A stretch of 34,688 bases of DNA, from assembly GCA_027062145.1 (NCBI GenBank), contig JAMOTX010000050.1:1-34688 (forward strand). The letters are read 5' to 3'. The notes under the pieces are model-generated. The model made no database searches. It saw nothing but the letters and a program-made list of their open reading frames with translations, and was not told the origin of the DNA. Source of the DNA: Candidatus Altimarinota bacterium. GTDB lineage: Bacteria > Patescibacteriota > Gracilibacteria > BD1-5 > UBA6164. Below, piece after piece: positions 32,299 to 34,688 of this stretch; positions within the stretch are counted from its first letter, which is position 1, and each line of letters starts with the position of its first letter. Made by a program: the position numbers and the translations under genes.

Positions 32299-33567
32299 AT
32301 GCTACATAGTATAAAATCGGTATTTGAAAATAAAAATATCAAAAAAAAGATTATAGCTACTCTACTTTTAGTGTTAGTTTATAAATTATTAGCAGTAATA
32401 CCAGTTTATGGTGTTGATACTTCTAAATTAGCTGCTATTATGGAAGCTAATAAAGGATTATCTTTTTTTAGTGCTTTAATGTGAGGTTGATTATCTAATT
32501 TTTCAATTATCTTAATGGGACTTTCTCCATACATTAATGCTATGATCATAATACAATTATTAGGAGTAATTGTTCCCAAAATTGGTGATTTACAAAAAGA
32601 AGGTGATGCAGGTCAAAGAAAAATTACAAAATATACTAGATGGTTAACTCTACCTTTAGCTTTTGTTCAATCATACTGAATGATTGTTTTAATGAATAGT
32701 TTAGCTTCAGGAACTATTATAGATATTTCTAATACTCAAACTGTATTAATGGCTATGACTATTATTACTGCTTGAACAATTTTCTTAATGTGGTTATGAG
32801 AAGTAATGACAGAAAATGGTATTTGAAATGGTATTAGTATAATTATTACTGCTTGAGTATTATCAGCAGTTCCAGGTTCTATTATGGGTCATATTTCATG
32901 AGGTGATTATCCTTTATTTGTATGATTGATAATTGCAACATTATTAATAATTTACGTTATTATTAAGTTTACTGAGGGTAATAGAAGAATTCCACTTATT
33001 TATACAAGAACAGGAAGAGAAGAAAAATCTTATTTTCCAATTAGAATAAATCAAGCAGGTATGATTCCAATTATCTTTGCAGTATCATTAGTTACATTTC
33101 CAGCTATTATTGGTCAAATTTTAACATGAGATGGCTCAGGTGCTACAGCTACTTCAATAGGTAATTTCTTATTGACTTACTTTAGTATGACTAATCCTTC
33201 TTGGTATTTCATTGCAGTATACTTTTTATTAGTATTAGGGTTTTCTTTCTTTTATGTATCTATTACATTTAATACAGAAAATGTTGCTGAAAGTATTCAA
33301 AAAAGAGGTGGTTATATTCCTGGTATTAGACCTGGTTCTGATACAGCAGATTATTTAACTAAAGTTTCAGATCATTTAAATTTATTTGGTGGTTGATTCT
33401 TAGCTTTAATTGCTGTATTGCCATATATTATGTCTAAATTCATGGGGCAATCAGTAGATTTTATTATCTCTGCTGCGTGATTAATAATTATAGTTTCTGT
33501 TATTCTTGATATAGTAAGAAAAACGGATGCTGAAATGAAAATGCAAGATTATAGTAAATTCAATTAA
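32299..33567 (+). CDS. secY: preprotein translocase subunit SecY, 422 aa
   Basis: FFSALM-G-G-G-LSNFSIILMGLSPYINAMIIIQLLGVIVPKIGDLQKEGDAGQRKITKYTRWLTLPLAFVQSY-G-M; INQAGMIPIIFA; IQKRGGYIPGIRPG. Four ORF-track fragments are in one frame. Confidence 0.96.
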
Positions 33568-33570
33568 TAT

Positions 33571-33605
33571 AAAAAAAAGAACTTCACATATGAAGTTCTT
33601 TTTTT
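33571..33605. terminator. bidirectional terminator between secY and def
   Basis: A8-gaacttca-cata-tgaagttc-T7. The def stop (33604-33606) overlaps the T-run. Confidence 0.75.
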
Positions 33606-34080
33606 ATTTTAAATAATCAATAAATAATTTTCCATTCACATGATCTATTTCATGTTGAACAATTCTTGCAGGTAATCATTCTAGAATTAGTGTTTTTTTA
33701 GTCTTTTTTTCGTCCTGATAGTTTAGTTTTATCTTTGTAGGTCTTTTTACCTCTCATTTAACTCAAGGTATAGATAAACATCATTCTGATTCGATATCAG
33801 TTTCTTTTCAAAATTCTAATATTTCAGGATTTAAAAGCATTATAGTTTTAAAACTTTCATCATCCCGGTCATTAAGCATACTTACAACTACTAATTTTAT
33901 ACCATGTCATATTTGAGGTGCAGCTAAACCTACTCATCAATTATCAGGATTTTTAATATACTTAATCATATTTTTACCTAACTTCACAGCTTGCTTAAAA
34001 TCTTTATCTAGTATTTTAGATGCTGGAGTTCTAAGTATTGGATTATTTTCTCAAGTTTCTATTTTAAACATTATTTTCAT
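33604..34080 (-). CDS. def: peptide deformylase, 158 aa
   Basis: -G-VGLAAPQI-G-; SE-G-CLSIP-G-VK-G-EV; VQHEIDHVNGKLFIDY. The alternative start at ATG 34071 would remove 3 aa. Confidence 0.92.
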
Positions 34081-34106
34081 TTAATATTAATTTTCTTTAT
34101 TATAAC

Positions 34107-34136
34107 AAAAAAGACTAGTTTGACTAGTCTTTTTTT
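34107..34136 (-). terminator. terminator after the Clp ATPase gene
   Basis: A 13-bp stem, aaaaaagactagt (34107-34119) pairing with actagtctttttt (34123-34135). The gene's TAG (34124-34126) is in the right arm. Confidence 0.7.
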
Positions 34137-34688
34137 ACTATTAAATTTCATTTGTTATCTATATCTAAAATGATACTATCTCAGCTATTTACTTCTCAAT
34201 TTAATAATTTAATTGATAATTGGTTATTTATAGTGTTTGTAATTGCTCTTTTTAATGGTCTTGCTCCAAATTCTGGATCATAACCTGTTTTTGCAATATA
34301 TTTTTTAAGTGCATCTGTAAATTCTACTTTTATTCATTTTACTTCTAATAATTTAGATACATCTTGTAATAATATATCGATAATTCAAACTATTACATTT
34401 TCATCAAGTTTATTAAATTTTACTATATCATCTATTCTATTTAAGAATTCTGGTCTAAAGAAAGTTTTTAAATTTTCTTCTTTAATATTAGAAGTCATAA
34501 TAATAATAGTATTTTTGAAATCTACAGTTCTTCATTTACTATCTGTTAACCTACCATCATCTAATACTTGTAAAAGAGTATTAAACACATCTGGATGAGC
34601 TTTTTCAACTTCGTCAAATAATATTACACTATACGGTTTTCTTCTAACAGCTTCTGTTAATTGACCCCCTTCTTCATGTCATACATAT
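34124..34688 (-). CDS. ClpB/ClpC-type AAA+ chaperone ATPase, C-terminal (D2) part; 5' end lies outside the window
   Basis: [67 protein letters not shown]...[12 protein letters not shown]...[15 protein letters not shown]. Confidence 0.9.

Overview
This is a 34.7-kb, very AT-rich, tightly packed bacterial chromosome segment. It only translates sensibly if TGA is read as glycine (NCBI translation table 25, known from SR1/Absconditabacteria and Gracilibacteria in the Candidate Phyla Radiation). In-frame TGA falls on invariant Gly positions: L2 HPHGG-G-EG, GatA GGSS-G-GSAA, MutL AA-G-EVVERP and CPH-G-RP, and S19 RK-G-PF. Trp is still TGG, and only TAA and TAG end genes. The supplied standard-code ORF track is therefore fragmented, and I re-derived gene boundaries by hand. 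That gives 47 CDS. The minus-strand block (110-13933) is a PH-domain protein, mutL, two hypotheticals, comEC, lgt, ndk, efp, rny and fusA, interrupted by plus-strand rplS, gatA and an acidic orphan. Next comes a stand-alone SpoT-type HD hydrolase on the plus strand. A second minus-strand block (15092-23054) holds a hypothetical, prmC, a small hypothetical, an ABC-2 permease, a small membrane protein, fmt, a type IV pilin-like gene, a WecA-like GT4 transferase, an unusual small orphan, a membrane protein and pheS. The ribosomal cluster rplC-rplD-rplW-rplB-rpsS-rplV-rpsC-rplP-rpmC-rpsQ-rplN-rplX-rplE-rpsN-rpsH-rplF-rplR-rpsE-rplO-secY (23365-33567) lacks rpsJ and L30. The window ends with convergent def and the 3' part of a ClpB/ClpC-type ATPase. 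I saw no rRNA, tRNA, CRISPR array or mobile element. Points worth a second look are the recoding itself, palindromic terminators that carry the stop codons, a TGA-free mini-gene with a strong Shine-Dalgarno site in a window where the other checked starts lack one, a structured leader before rplC, an inverted repeat between rny and efp, and DNA-uptake genes (ComEC without a nuclease domain, plus a pilin). All coordinates come from manual translation; no searches were run.
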